Source of the DNA: an uncultured Gemmatimonadaceae bacterium
Lineage (GTDB): Bacteria; Gemmatimonadota; Gemmatimonadetes; Gemmatimonadales; Gemmatimonadaceae
DNA length: 64,000 bases
Direction of reading: 5' to 3'
Assembly (NCBI GenBank): GCA_963829055.1
Contig: CAWHHI010000012.1
Span: 352,001 to 416,000, forward strand
Below the pieces are notes generated by a model, which was not told the DNA's origin, searched no databases, and saw only the letters and a program-made list of their open reading frames with translations. Of this stretch, positions 10,468 to 21,045 are shown piece by piece. Each line of letters begins with the position of its first letter. Position 1 is the stretch's first letter. The translations under genes and the position numbers were made by a program.

Positions 10468-11511
10468 ATGTACGCCACGTGTCTCTTCTGCAACCGCTCG
10501 CTCGGGCATAACGAGTCCATCGAGCATTTCCCCATCGGTCGTCGACTCGCGTTCGATGCGGCGAAAGGGCGCCTCTGGGTGGTGTGTCCGTCGTGCGAAC
10601 GATGGAACCTGACGCCGCTCGAGGAGCGGTGGGAAGCGATCGAGGACGCCGAACGTCTCTACCGCGGGACGCGACTGCGTGCCGCGACGGATCAGATCGG
10701 GCTCGCGCGCCTTCGAGACGGAACGGAGCTCGTGCGCATCGGCGAACCGCTACGCCCCGAGTTCGCCGCGTGGCGGTATGGCGATCAGTTCGGCAGACGC
10801 CGGCGCCGACAGGTGATCGTCGCGGGCGCGGGTGTCGCCGCGATCGGGGCCATCGTCGCAGGAGGCGTCGCCGTGGGCGCGTCGGTGGGCGGCGTCGGGT
10901 GGCTTCTCGCACGGCTCGTGCAATCGGCAATCAAGGGCAATCCACGGAGTGTGGTTGCCCGCATCCGCACCGAGGACCAGCAGATCCTTCGCGTTCGACT
11001 CGGCCATCTGTCGGAGACGACGCTGGACCGCGGCAGTTCGGCGCCGCTCTCGGTCGACCTGCGCCACGACGGCGGCAGGTGGGTGTTCGACGGGCCCGAG
11101 GCAATGCGTGTCGTCGCGACGCTGATGCCCAAGGTGAACCGCTACGGCGGCACCAAGCAGACGGTCGCCGAGGCGGTGACGGCCATCGAAGAGACGCGCG
11201 GCTCCGAAGGGTTCCTGGAGGCGCTCGCTCGAAGCGCCCGCGTGTACACGCGACCGCCCCCGAAGCCGGCGCGACGCCTCACGATCATGCACGACATGCC
11301 CGACGCCGGCCTGCTCGGCCTATCGCGAGTGCAGCGACTCGCGTTCGAGATGGCGCTGCACGAGGAGGCCGAACGGCGGGCGATGGAGGGCGAGCTCGGC
11401 GACCTCGAACGAGCGTGGCGCGAGGCGGAGGAGATCGCCGGTATCGCCGACGACCTGCTCGTGCCGGCTGGCGTGTCGACCCGGATCGAGGAGTTTCGCG
11501 AGCGCACGTGA
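10468..11511 (+). CDS. Hypothetical protein with N-terminal Zn ribbon and a TM segment
   Basis: CLFC...CPSC Cys pairs; hydrophobic Gly-rich segment; clean ORF. Confidence 0.75.
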   Translation: MYATCLFCNRSLGHNESIEHFPIGRRLAFDAAKGRLWVVCPSCERWNLTPLEERWEAIEDAERLYRGTRLRAATDQIGLARLRDGTELVRIGEPLRPEFAAWRYGDQFGRRRRRQVIVAGAGVAAIGAIVAGGVAVGASVGGVGWLLARLVQSAIKGNPRSVVARIRTEDQQILRVRLGHLSETTLDRGSSAPLSVDLRHDGGRWVFDGPEAMRVVATLMPKVNRYGGTKQTVAEAVTAIEETRGSEGFLEALARSARVYTRPPPKPARRLTIMHDMPDAGLLGLSRVQRLAFEMALHEEAERRAMEGELGDLERAWREAEEIAGIADDLLVPAGVSTRIEEFRERT

Positions 11512-11693
11512 TGTCGGGCGACGTGCACCGCCGCCTAACGTGACACGACTGCGCTGGCGCCGCGCGCCGCGCCGGCGCGAGGTGGTCCGCTCGGCGGACG
11601 CTGTCCTGGTACTAGACGGCCCCGTCATCGACCGGTGAAGTTGCGATGTCGCACCGGCGAGGGCGCCGGAGCGCGTCTCCTCGACCAACGACA

Positions 11694-12726
11694 ATGCCGA
11701 ACTCGACTCCTGCGCTGCGCCGCACGGCGGCCCGCGCACTCCTCGTTCTCGCCGTCGCGACTGCCTTCATCGGCTCGCACGGTTTCGGTAGCGGCCGCGC
11801 AGACGTCCGCTCGAAGCGGCTACGTTCTCGTCGCGAACCAACAATCGGCGAACGCGTCGCTGATCGATCTCGCGACCGACAGCATGCGCTTCATCGACGT
11901 CGGCGTGGGGCCGCACGAAGCCGTCATCGCGCCGAGCGGGCGCGTGGGCGTCGTGACCATCTACGGGACGCAGACGCCCGGCAACGAGCTGGCGATCATC
12001 GACATCAAGGCCGGTACCGTGAAGCGCAAGATCTCGCTCGGCGAGTACACGCGCCCGCATGGCGCGATGTTCCTGCCTGGCGACGAGTCGAGAGTCGTCG
12101 TTACCTCGGAGGCCACGCAGCGCATCGTCCTCGTCAACATCGAGAGCGGCACCGTGGAGGGGACCATCTCCACGGGCGCGGCCGGGTCGCATATGGTGGG
12201 CATTACCCGCGACGCATCGCGTGCGTTCACGTCGGACGTCGGTACCGGCGCGGTGTCGGAGATGGACCTCGTGAAGAAGGCGCTCGTGCGCGTGATTCCG
12301 ATCGCGCCGCGCGTCGAGGGCATCGCGGTCGCGCCGGATGGCAGCACCGTCTGGGCGGGCAGCAATACGAATGGCACCGTGAGTGTGATCGACACGAAGA
12401 GCGGAGCCATCGTCGAGACGTTGACCGGCTTCTCCCTGCCCTACCGGCTTGCGATCTCCGCCGACGGGCGCACCGCGATCATCTGTGATCCCCAGGGGAA
12501 CGCGATCCACGTCGCGGACGTGGCCACGCGGAAGGTGCTGTGGAAGCTCGAGGGGCTCGCGTCGCCCCGTGGGGTCTCGATCGCGCCTGACGGGAAGACC
12601 GCCTTCGTGACGCTGGCCGAGGACCCATCGGTGGGGATTGTGGATCTCGTTGGGCGAAAGGTCGTGCGAAAGATCGGTGTGGGTGCGTCGCCCGACGGCG
12701 TCGGATATGGCCCGGCGCCCCGATAG
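11694..12726 (+). CDS. YncE/YVTN beta-propeller exported protein (frameshift near 11790)
   Basis: Signal peptide in one frame; repeated blades (EGIAVAPDG, TVSVIDT, PRGVSIAPDGKTAFV) in the next. Confidence 0.85.
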
Positions 12727-12860
12727 GCGCCAACTTCGACGCGCGTTTCGACACCGGCTGCGACAGTCGTGCGAGGGCAAAATGACGCCTGACTGACGCG
12801 TTGCGTTTAATTGGAGCCGTGACGACTTTCTCAGATCCGTACACGGAGCCAGCAGTCCGC

Positions 12861-15800
12861 ATGATTCGCTTGCGGGCGTTAGGGCAATGCGTCGTCGAGG
12901 TCGGCGACCATCAGATCACGCCGGAATCGGACGTCCTCTTCGCGCTTCTGCTGTTCCTCAGCATGAGCGCGGGACGCGCCGTTCCCCGCGCTGAGCTGCT
13001 GGATCTACTCTGGCCCGATAGCGCGCCAAGAAACGCGCGACATCGCCTGCGGCAGGCGCTCTATCAACTCAAGAAGCTCGGCGCTCCGCTCGGGACGCTC
13101 GACTCGTTCGTCAATCGTGCGCGAAGCGGACGTCGAGGTCGACTACGTCCTCGGTGCGAGGAGTCGCCAGGCGCTGACGCGATCGGTCGCGGAAACGTCG
13201 CCGCTCGACTTCCTTCCGCACTATACGCCGACGTTCTCGGAGCCGTTCGCCCGCTGGGTGGAGTCCGAGCGTGATCGTGTGCGTGGGTCACTGCGTCGCT
13301 ATCTGCTGGAGGTCGTGGCGGACGCGCGACTCCGCGGGGACCACGCCGCCATCGTCGTGCTCGCGCGGGCATGCCTGGACCTCGATCCGCTGAATGGCGA
13401 CGCGACGTTCGCGCTGGCGGAAGCCCTCGCCGTGCGTGGCAACAGGGCCGAAGCGCTGGGCGTGCTCGATCAGTATCGGGCAGAGCGCCGAACGGATCAT
13501 GACGAGTCGCTGCGCGCCGCTCTGGCGCTTGCGGAAGCGGATTCTCGAGGCGGCGCGGCGATCGCCGTACGACGCGTCGCGTCAGGCGGAGCTCGTCGGT
13601 CGCGCGGAGATCGTGAGCGATCTGAGCGCGTGGATCTCCACCGGTGCCCACGTACGAACCGTCCTGGCGCTCTCGGGCGAGGCGGGTATCGGAAAAACCC
13701 GCCTGCTCGCGGAGGGCGCGCGCATTGCCGCGCTGCATGGCTTCCGCTGCCTCGAGTATCGCCCGGGCGCGAACGGCGAGGACCGCCCGCTCGCGGGGCT
13801 GCTGGATCTTCTCCCGCAGTTGCTCGCGCTTCCGGGAGCAGTCGGGTGCAACCCCGATTCGTACGGACGCCTCACGGAGCTCGCGCGTGGCGTTCACGCC
13901 GAGACCTCGATTCCGGCGGACACGACCGACTCGGCGTTCCGCTTCGCGACCTTGAGGCGGTCGGTCCTCGACCTCATCGAGGCGATTCTGACCGAGTGCG
14001 GCATTCTGCTGTCGCTCGACGATGCGCACGCGTTGGATCGGCCAACGCTCGAGATTCTGCTCGATGCGACCCGGTGCGGTGGACATCGGTTGGCGGTGCT
14101 GACAGCGATGCGTCCGGTGGGGCCGACGGCGGCGTTCCTGGAGGCACGCGCCGATGTGCGCCTCGTTCGCGTGCCTCGGCTCGATGCGGCGGCGTCGAGG
14201 CTGGTGGTGGCGCGGGATCTTCCGCCGCACGTCGCGGCGGAGCGCAAGAAGCTGATCGACTGGGCGGTGGACCTGGCGAACGGGAACCCCTTCTTCCTGG
14301 TCGAACTGTCAGCACACTGCGGGGGTGACGATCCGGGCGAATCTCTGCCGGAGTCCCTGCAGAGCGCGTTGGAGCGGAAGCTGGACGCGTTGTCGGCAAA
14401 CGCGAGGCTCGTGGTGCAGGCGTGTGCCGTGCTGGCGCAGAATTCGACGCTGGCGCGCCTGGAGACGATGTTGGCCCTGCCACCCCATGCGACGGCGAGC
14501 GCGCTGTCAGAATTGGAGCTGGCGGGCCTTATCGCGTCGCGTGATGGTCGGGTGGGGTGTCGGCATGATCTGATCGCGGATGCGGTGATGCGCGGGCTGG
14601 GTGGGACGCTCGGGAGCTACATGCATCGCCGGTGCGCGGTGGTGCTGGACCAGGAGCTGCGGTCGTCACCGGTGCCGTCTATCGCGTGGGACTGCGCACG
14701 GCACTGGGATGCGGCTGACGAACCGACGCGAGCACTCGAGCTGACCGGACTCATTGTCGACCGGTTGCTTTCGCTTGGGCCTGCCGAAGGCTGCAGCAGA
14801 CCTGTGCAGCGAGCAGAGCGGTACTGCAGGACGCGCAGAACAGCACGCCGAGCGGCTCTGTCGACTCAGCCGGGCTCTGCCGACTACTGTACGACTGGGA
14901 CGGCGTAATTGACGCACTGGAAAAGCGTCGGACGACTACTTCGAACCGCAGTCGACACTCGGCAGAGCATACGCGGAAGATGAGATCGCGCTGTTCGAAG
15001 CTCGATGGTGGCGCGACTACGACGGTCGCGTGCTCCGCCCGCGCTTCGGCGCGTAGTCGATGAGACGAGCGCCAACGCTCCATCGACTGCAAATGGCCGT
15101 CTTAGCCTGATCGTGGCTGACAACCACCAACGCGCGCGGACGCAGCTGACCAAATCGCGGGAATGCGTGGAAACAGTCGATCGCCACGACGCCCGCGAGA
15201 GACTCGAACAAGAGCTAGGGCTCGACTGTCTATCACTCTGCGTTCGGCGATCTCGACGAAGCCGTCTCGGACGGCAACGCGCGTTGTCGAGACCGAGCGA
15301 AGCGTAGCGGCACTTCGGCTGGACTTACTGCAGCGCGCTTCGCTGGTCGAGTATCCCTCTTAAGTTCGCTAACAACATGAAAGCGGCAATTGCAGCGCCT
15401 TCGACGAGGCCTATGATCGAGCGTCGCGGTCTAGAGCTTAGCGCCGAAATGTGGAATGCCGCCTACTATCTTGGAGGACCTCGCGCTGACTGCGAGGACG
15501 TGCGTCTCGCAGCTGGAATGGGCTCCGATATGCATGGCGATCGCTAGCGGAAGACGCCGACCGATCACCGCTAAGATGCTTCGACTCGACTACTTCTGGC
15601 TCGATTAGCGTTAATGCACGGCGATGTCAGCGGGCCGAGGCAACTTCTTGATCGATCGCGTGGCAGCTTGAGAACAGTCGATACCTCGGACGCGCGCCGA
15701 GCGAATCCGTGCTGGCACTGGATGTATTGCTCAGAGTGCGAACGACGGGAGCACACGCGTCTCGAGCCAGCTCGTTGCAGCGCCTGCAGCGGCTGCACTT

Positions 15801-16008
15801 CAGCACTCGCGAGTGCGGAGTCCACGACTTTGAGACGGCGCCGCTATCATGGCCGGACTTCTGCACTCGGCGAAGTGGGATGACGCGAAGCGCATCTACG
15901 ACATCTACTATGCGCCAATTCCGACGATCACGTAGCTCGCGGTCCACTCGACGTTACGCAGGTCCAGAGCACTAGATCCGCTACCACGCTTGAGCGCAGT
16001 GCGCGCTA
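12861..16008 (+). CDS. SARP/BTAD - AAA NTPase - helical repeat regulator, multiply frameshifted
   Basis: LRALG..RAELLDLLWP..RHRLRQALYQLKK; LDLDPLN (BTAD); GEAGIGKTRLL Walker A; LDDAH Walker B; GNPFFLVEL; 3' part garbled and end uncertain. Confidence 0.8.
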
Positions 16009-17344
16009 GATCACCTTGGTCGCCAGTTCGCATTCTTGGGCGACGCCGTTCGGCGTACGATCGATAGATTTCAGCCCAGGCTTCGCGTCGTCGACAATGC
16101 GGTCGCAAATCGCCGGGTCGAACTGCCGTCCTCGGAATCGCACGAACTCAGCTTTCGCCTCATCGACGCCAGCGCCTTCCGGTAAGGCCGGTCGGTCGTC
16201 ATCGCATCCAGCGTGTCGGCGAACATGATGATCCGCGATGCCAGCGGGAATCGACTCGCCCTTAATTCCGTCCGGATATCCGGTGCCGTCCCAGTTCTCG
16301 TGGTGATGTACGCACCGCCGGAACGACGTCCTTCGAGACTCGAGAGCAGACCAACGAGCTCGGCACTCCGAATCGGGTGACGCTTCATCATGTCCCACTC
16401 TTCTGGCGTTAGGCGACCCTCTTTCGCCAGAATTGGAGCAAACGCTTCGTCAATTTTTCCAACATCGTGAAGCAGCGCCGCAACGCCTACTCGCTCGACC
16501 TCAGCCGGCCGCAGCCCAATGGCGCTCGCGATGATCTTCGATGCTCGTGAGACGCGTTGGGAGTGGCCGGACGTGTACGGATCGCGCGCTTCGATTGCCG
16601 CGACCATCAGATCGAGCAGTTCTTCGGTGACCTTCGTTAGCTCAACGGTCGTTCGATACAGCTGCCGAACGCCCAGCAACGGGATGACCAGCGCCGCCGC
16701 ACCGCCTGGACCGAGGCCGCTGTAGAGCCACGCTAGGTAGAAGGTCAGAAACGCGGTGAGCGCAATGAATGGAGCAGTCGGCAGCGTGGTCGCCTTCCAG
16801 ATATCGACCACGCTGCGTTGCTGAACGATCGCGACCACGCCGCTGACGGTCGCCGTGTTTACCAGGATGACGCGTCAGCGACCAAGCAGGCCCGACCGAG
16901 CACCAGCTGCGAACGCGCGACGACGAGGAACGACGACCGCTTGGAGCAAGGAAAGACGAGCCACCTGCAGCTCTGTACACAAGTATCGCGAGCGACAGAC
17001 CCAAGTACCATTTGGGCGACGTTGAATAGCGCCCTTGACCCAGTGTCGCTTGCAGAGGATTTGAACCGATGCGCTGCCCACGCCGATTGCGGCAACAGCC
17101 GCCCAAGTCGGGCGCACAAAGCGCAGCCGCAGCGAACGGGATCAGTGAGATCGATCCGGTGCGCGCCCTTCGACGTGCTCATAGCTCAGCATTTCGGCGC
17201 CGACACCGAGAGCAGACAGCATAATAGCGCCGCGTAGAAACTGCGCACGCGTAACGCCGCCGATGCGTCTGTACAGACTACTAAGGCGGCAGCGATCCGG
17301 CGACTAGCGCAAACGATCGCGACGAACGGCAACGCCCGCTGCAT
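16006..17344 (-). CDS. Membrane-anchored HD-GYP phosphodiesterase, multiply frameshifted
   Basis: EARDPYTSGHSQRV, LLHDVGKI, HHHENWDGTGYPDG, ADTLDAMTTDRPYRKA, QFDP in successive frames; multi-TM N-terminus. Confidence 0.88.
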
Positions 17345-17534
17345 TTCGTTGCCCGAATTCGCACGAGGACGCCGCCGCGTCTCAAACACGCCCTGCCAAG
17401 GGCGCGGCGAGAGTCTCGTTAGGTCATTGCTTGGTCGGCTCACAGGCATTCGTCAGCTGGGCGCGGCTCGTCAGGGTGGAGTCGTGGAGGGCGGCCCTGC
17501 GTCAGGCTGAGGCTATGTCGCGCTACAGAAAGTC

Positions 17535-17578
17535 GCCCTGGTGGTCGCGAATACATGTTGCGAGTAGACACCGAGGGC
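17535..17578 (-). terminator. GC-rich hairpin downstream of the short peptide ORF
   Basis: GCCCTcGGTG...CACCAGGGC stem followed by GACTTTCT. Confidence 0.5.
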
Positions 17579-17590
17579 CCCGCTCCTCCC

Positions 17591-17638
17591 CTAGATCCAA
17601 CTGATCATCTGGGCCAGGGCAAGGATCCAAGAGATCAT
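17591..17638 (-). CDS. 15-aa peptide MISWILALAQMISWI
   Basis: GGGAGGTGA Shine-Dalgarno 8 nt before ATG; MISWI repeated with different Ser codons; TAG stop. Confidence 0.7.
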   Translation of the reverse strand: MISWILALAQMISWI

Positions 17639-17665
17639 AAAACGCGTCACCTCCCATTCAGTAAC

Positions 17666-17795
17666 GTCATACGCGCTTTTTGGGCGACGTATGCGACTCA
17701 GGTTGGCTCCGCTCGTAGTGCTTACTGGATTTGCCCGCTCAACTCGACTCCGCTCCTTGCGGGAACGGGGGCCGTCTCGGTTGTCGACTTACTTA
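17666..17795 (-). promoter_or_regulatory. Candidate structured RNA leader
   Basis: GCAA-capped hairpin at 17750-17768 with outer CGGC/GUCG pairing; second hairpin CATACG..CGTATG at 17666-17697. Confidence 0.4.
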
Positions 17796-17885
17796 TCTGA
17801 GGATCGCCTCTCGACTCCTATTCCTGAAGTTTGATCTCAGTCGCACCGGCGCAGACACGGCACGACCTGTTCGCTAGTACGTATG

Positions 17886-18668
17886 CTATCGCGTATGCGC
17901 GATCCAGCGGTTCGTCGCATCCAACACGGCCAACACACTCGCCGTCTCGGCGCTTTCCCGGATCTCGCAGCTTCCCGTCAACAAGGCACTCGTCCGCGCC
18001 AGCCGCGCCGTCACACCGACGAACACGAACTCGCGATCGAACGCCTCGATCAGTCGCACGCCATCCAGCGCCAACGCGCGATCACTCGGCTCCGCCAGCG
18101 CCAGCGCCTGTAACGCCGCCCGCGCCGCGAGCTCGATGCGCGATCGCTCGTTCTCCATTCCCTCGGCCTCGCCCACAAAGGACTCGTCGCCCTTCTTGAG
18201 CGTCACGCGACAGGCGATCCCCTTCGCGCGCGACCGGCGCACTTCGACGTCCTCGAAGTAGAGCAGCCGCCCATTCGCGCGCTCCACCTTCACCGGCAGC
18301 GTCGGCGTCACGGGCGCAGCAGCGGCGGCATCCGCCGCCGCCTTCGCCTCACGCTCCTTCGCGGCCTCGCGCAACGCTTCCTTCGATGGTTGCGATTCCA
18401 ACGTTGTCGCCACCGAGATCTTGCGATGGTCGACACGCATGCCGAGATGCGCGATCAACGCGCTCTCGATATTGCGAACCGTCTGCTTCGGTGTGACTTC
18501 CGACGTCGTGAGCACGTGGATCTCATCCACCGCGCCGTTGTCACTCGCGATGATCCGCGCCGCGATCACTCCCGGCAGCGTCGCCAGCAACTCCTCCGCA
18601 CGCCTGATGGGAAGAACGCTGCCAGCTATGAGCGAAGAAGAATGCGGGAGCGGCTGCGGCACAGTCAT
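17886..18668 (-). CDS. Hypothetical protein
   Basis: Clean ORF with VDEIHVL..PKQTVRNIESAL..VDHRKISVA and AVLDATNR; start uncertain. Confidence 0.75.
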   Translation of the reverse strand: MTVPQPLPHSSSLIAGSVLPIRRAEELLATLPGVIAARIIASDNGAVDEIHVLTTSEVTPKQTVRNIESALIAHLGMRVDHRKISVATTLESQPSKEALREAAKEREAKAAADAAAAAPVTPTLPVKVERANGRLLYFEDVEVRRSRAKGIACRVTLKKGDESFVGEAEGMENERSRIELAARAALQALALAEPSDRALALDGVRLIEAFDREFVFVGVTARLARTSALLTGSCEIRESAETASVLAVLDATNRWIAHTR

Positions 18669-18796
18669 TCGGGGAGGGGGCGAGGCAGGCCGCGATGCGG
18701 CCCAGTACAACGGCGTGTGTGACATGTTCCGCCGACAGTCTCCGGTAGGTCAACCGGGGGGATTTTGGCCGGACTATTATGAGCCCGATGAGGCTG

Positions 18797-20452
18797 TTAA
18801 TCAAGCGCGGAAGTGTCCACAACCAATTGGTATTCTCTAAGCTTCCGGTACAGCGTCCGCTCTCCTATCCCTAACAACTCCGCCGCCTTACGACGATTGC
18901 CGCGCGTCTCTCGCAACGCCGACTCGATGGCCGCGCGCTCGATCTCCGCCATCGTCATCCCCGGCCGAATCGTCACAACGCTCGGAGGGGGCGGCTGGTC
19001 CCGCGGTTCGATGCCCGATGGCGCCAAACGGAGCGCCGGACGACACGTCCGCCGGCCATACCGGGCCGCGCCCAGGACCGAGTGCCGGGGTTTGCGCCGG
19101 GCCGGGCATCGTGCGGTCGATCACTTCGATCGGTGGTCCGAGGACACTACTCGCCGCGCGCGTCAGCTGCTCGCGCGCCATGCGCTCTTCACCGAGTTGC
19201 CGGCGGAGCTCCTCGACCTGGAGCTTGAGCTCGACGAGACTCCGCACGATGAACTCCAACTCCCGCCCCTCGACGCCGGAGCGCTCGCGAACGATCGGCC
19301 CGACATGGACGGGAAGAAATCGTGCCGTCCCGCCCTCACGAATCTGACGCGGGATGTCGGCCGGGCCGATCTCGCGTCCGGGCGCGAGCACCACCATGCT
19401 CTCCACCAGATTGCGCAGCTCGCGCACGTTTCCCGGCCACGCATACTGTACGAGCTTGTCGAGCGCCTCCGGAGAGATGCCCTTGAACGGGCGATCGTGC
19501 TGACGCGACAGCTCGGTGATGAACTGCCTGACGAGTATCGGAATGTCCTCACGCCGTTCGCGCAGCGGCGGGAGATAGATGCTCAGCACGTTCAACCGGT
19601 AGTAGAGGTCAGCGCGAAACCTCCCCTCCTCGATCCCGTCGCGCAGCGGATTGTTCGTCGCCGCGATCGACACGCACATCGACGGGAATGGTCTGCGTGC
19701 CACCGACGCGCGTGATCTCGCGCTCCTCGAGCACGCGCAACAGCTTCACCTGCGTCGCGAGCGGCACGTCGCCGATCTCGTCGAGAAAGATCGTGCCGGT
19801 ATTCGCAAGCTCGAAGCGACCGATGCGTCGCTCGGTCGGCGCCGGTGAACGAGCCCTTCTCGTGTCCGAACAGCTCACTCTCGAGTAGCGTGTCCGGCAG
19901 CGCCCCGACGTTCACGGCGATGAACGGCTTCGACCGTCGTGGACTGAGCCGATGAATCGCTCGCGCAACCAGCTCCTTGCCCGTTCCGCTCTCGCCCTCG
20001 ATGAGCACCGTGCTGGATACCGGCGCGATCTGCTCGACCTTCACGAGCACTTCGCGGATGGCTTCCGACTGTCCGATCAGTCCCGTTAGGCGCGACAGCC
20101 GCCGCCGATCGAGCAGTCGCCGAATCGCGTCGACCACCTCGTCGACCACGATCGGCTTCGGATACACCTCCACGAAACCGATCGCGCGCAGCCGTTCATC
20201 GATCTCGGGATCGCGGACGTCCGCCAGCCCAACGACGGCCACACCTTCCCACAGCATCTCCCGAACGAGCGCGACGTTCTGCGGATCGACGAGCGCTCCA
20301 GTCATGACAATGACGTCGGGCTGCTCACGTCGGATGGCGCCGCGGACGTCGTCGAGTGGAGATACCACCGCGGTCTCCACACCGGATGCCTCGAGTTGGG
20401 CGTTGAGGCGAACCGCAGGTTCGACGTCGGTCAGACTAATCAGGACTTTCAC
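18797..20452 (-). CDS. Sigma-54-dependent activator with atypical receiver domain (about three frameshifts)
   Basis: [51 protein letters not shown], Fis [15 protein letters not shown]. Confidence 0.9.
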
Positions 20453-20533
20453 AGAACGGCTGGCTGGTTGCTGGTGCTCGTCCCCGGTCGTCGCGGCGCG
20501 TTGATCTGCTAGCGGTGACCAGTTGGCAGTGAT

Positions 20534-21016
20534 TCAATGGTCGGTTCGTTCACCCCGGACGATCGCGACCGCGTGATCGACGATGGGCACGAGGGCCGCG
20601 AGCGCGTCGCGCACGCCGCCCGGCGACCCGGGCAGGTTCACGATGAGCGTGCGGTGTCGCGATCCCGCGACTCCACGTGACAGTGCCGCGCGCGGGAATG
20701 CGTCGATGCAGGTCACACGGATGCGCTCGGCGATCCCGTCCGCCTCGCGCTCGAGCACCGCGCGAGTCGCCTCGGGCGTGTTGTCGCGGGCAGATAGTCC
20801 CGTGCCGCCCGTGGTCAATACGAGGTCGGCGCCGTCGCCATCGCACCAGGCGAGCAGCTGCCTAACGATCGCCACCGAATCGTCAGGCACGAGCGCGCGC
20901 CGCTCGATCGCGTAGCCGCGGCCTTCGGCCCAGGACACGATGGCATCTCCCGAACCGTCCGCGCGCTCACCGCGTGCGCCCGCGTCCGAGATGGTCAATA
21001 CGGCGACGCGCACCAC
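20534..21016 (-). CDS. MogA/MoaB molybdenum cofactor biosynthesis protein
   Basis: VLTISD, TTGGTGLSARDNTPEA, NLPGSPGGV. Confidence 0.92.
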   Translation of the reverse strand: MVRVAVLTISDAGARGERADGSGDAIVSWAEGRGYAIERRALVPDDSVAIVRQLLAWCDGDGADLVLTTGGTGLSARDNTPEATRAVLEREADGIAERIRVTCIDAFPRAALSRGVAGSRHRTLIVNLPGSPGGVRDALAALVPIVDHAVAIVRGERTDH

Positions 21017-21045
21017 CGACTCCCTCCTGCTGGGCCGCTTCTCGG

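Noticed and set aside
17440..17557. ORF MYSRPPGRLSVARHSLSLTQG.. as a lasso-peptide precursor
   Set aside because: Only a superficial YxxP..LTxG likeness; the start lies inside a hairpin without a properly spaced SD, and no cyclase or peptidase genes are in the window.
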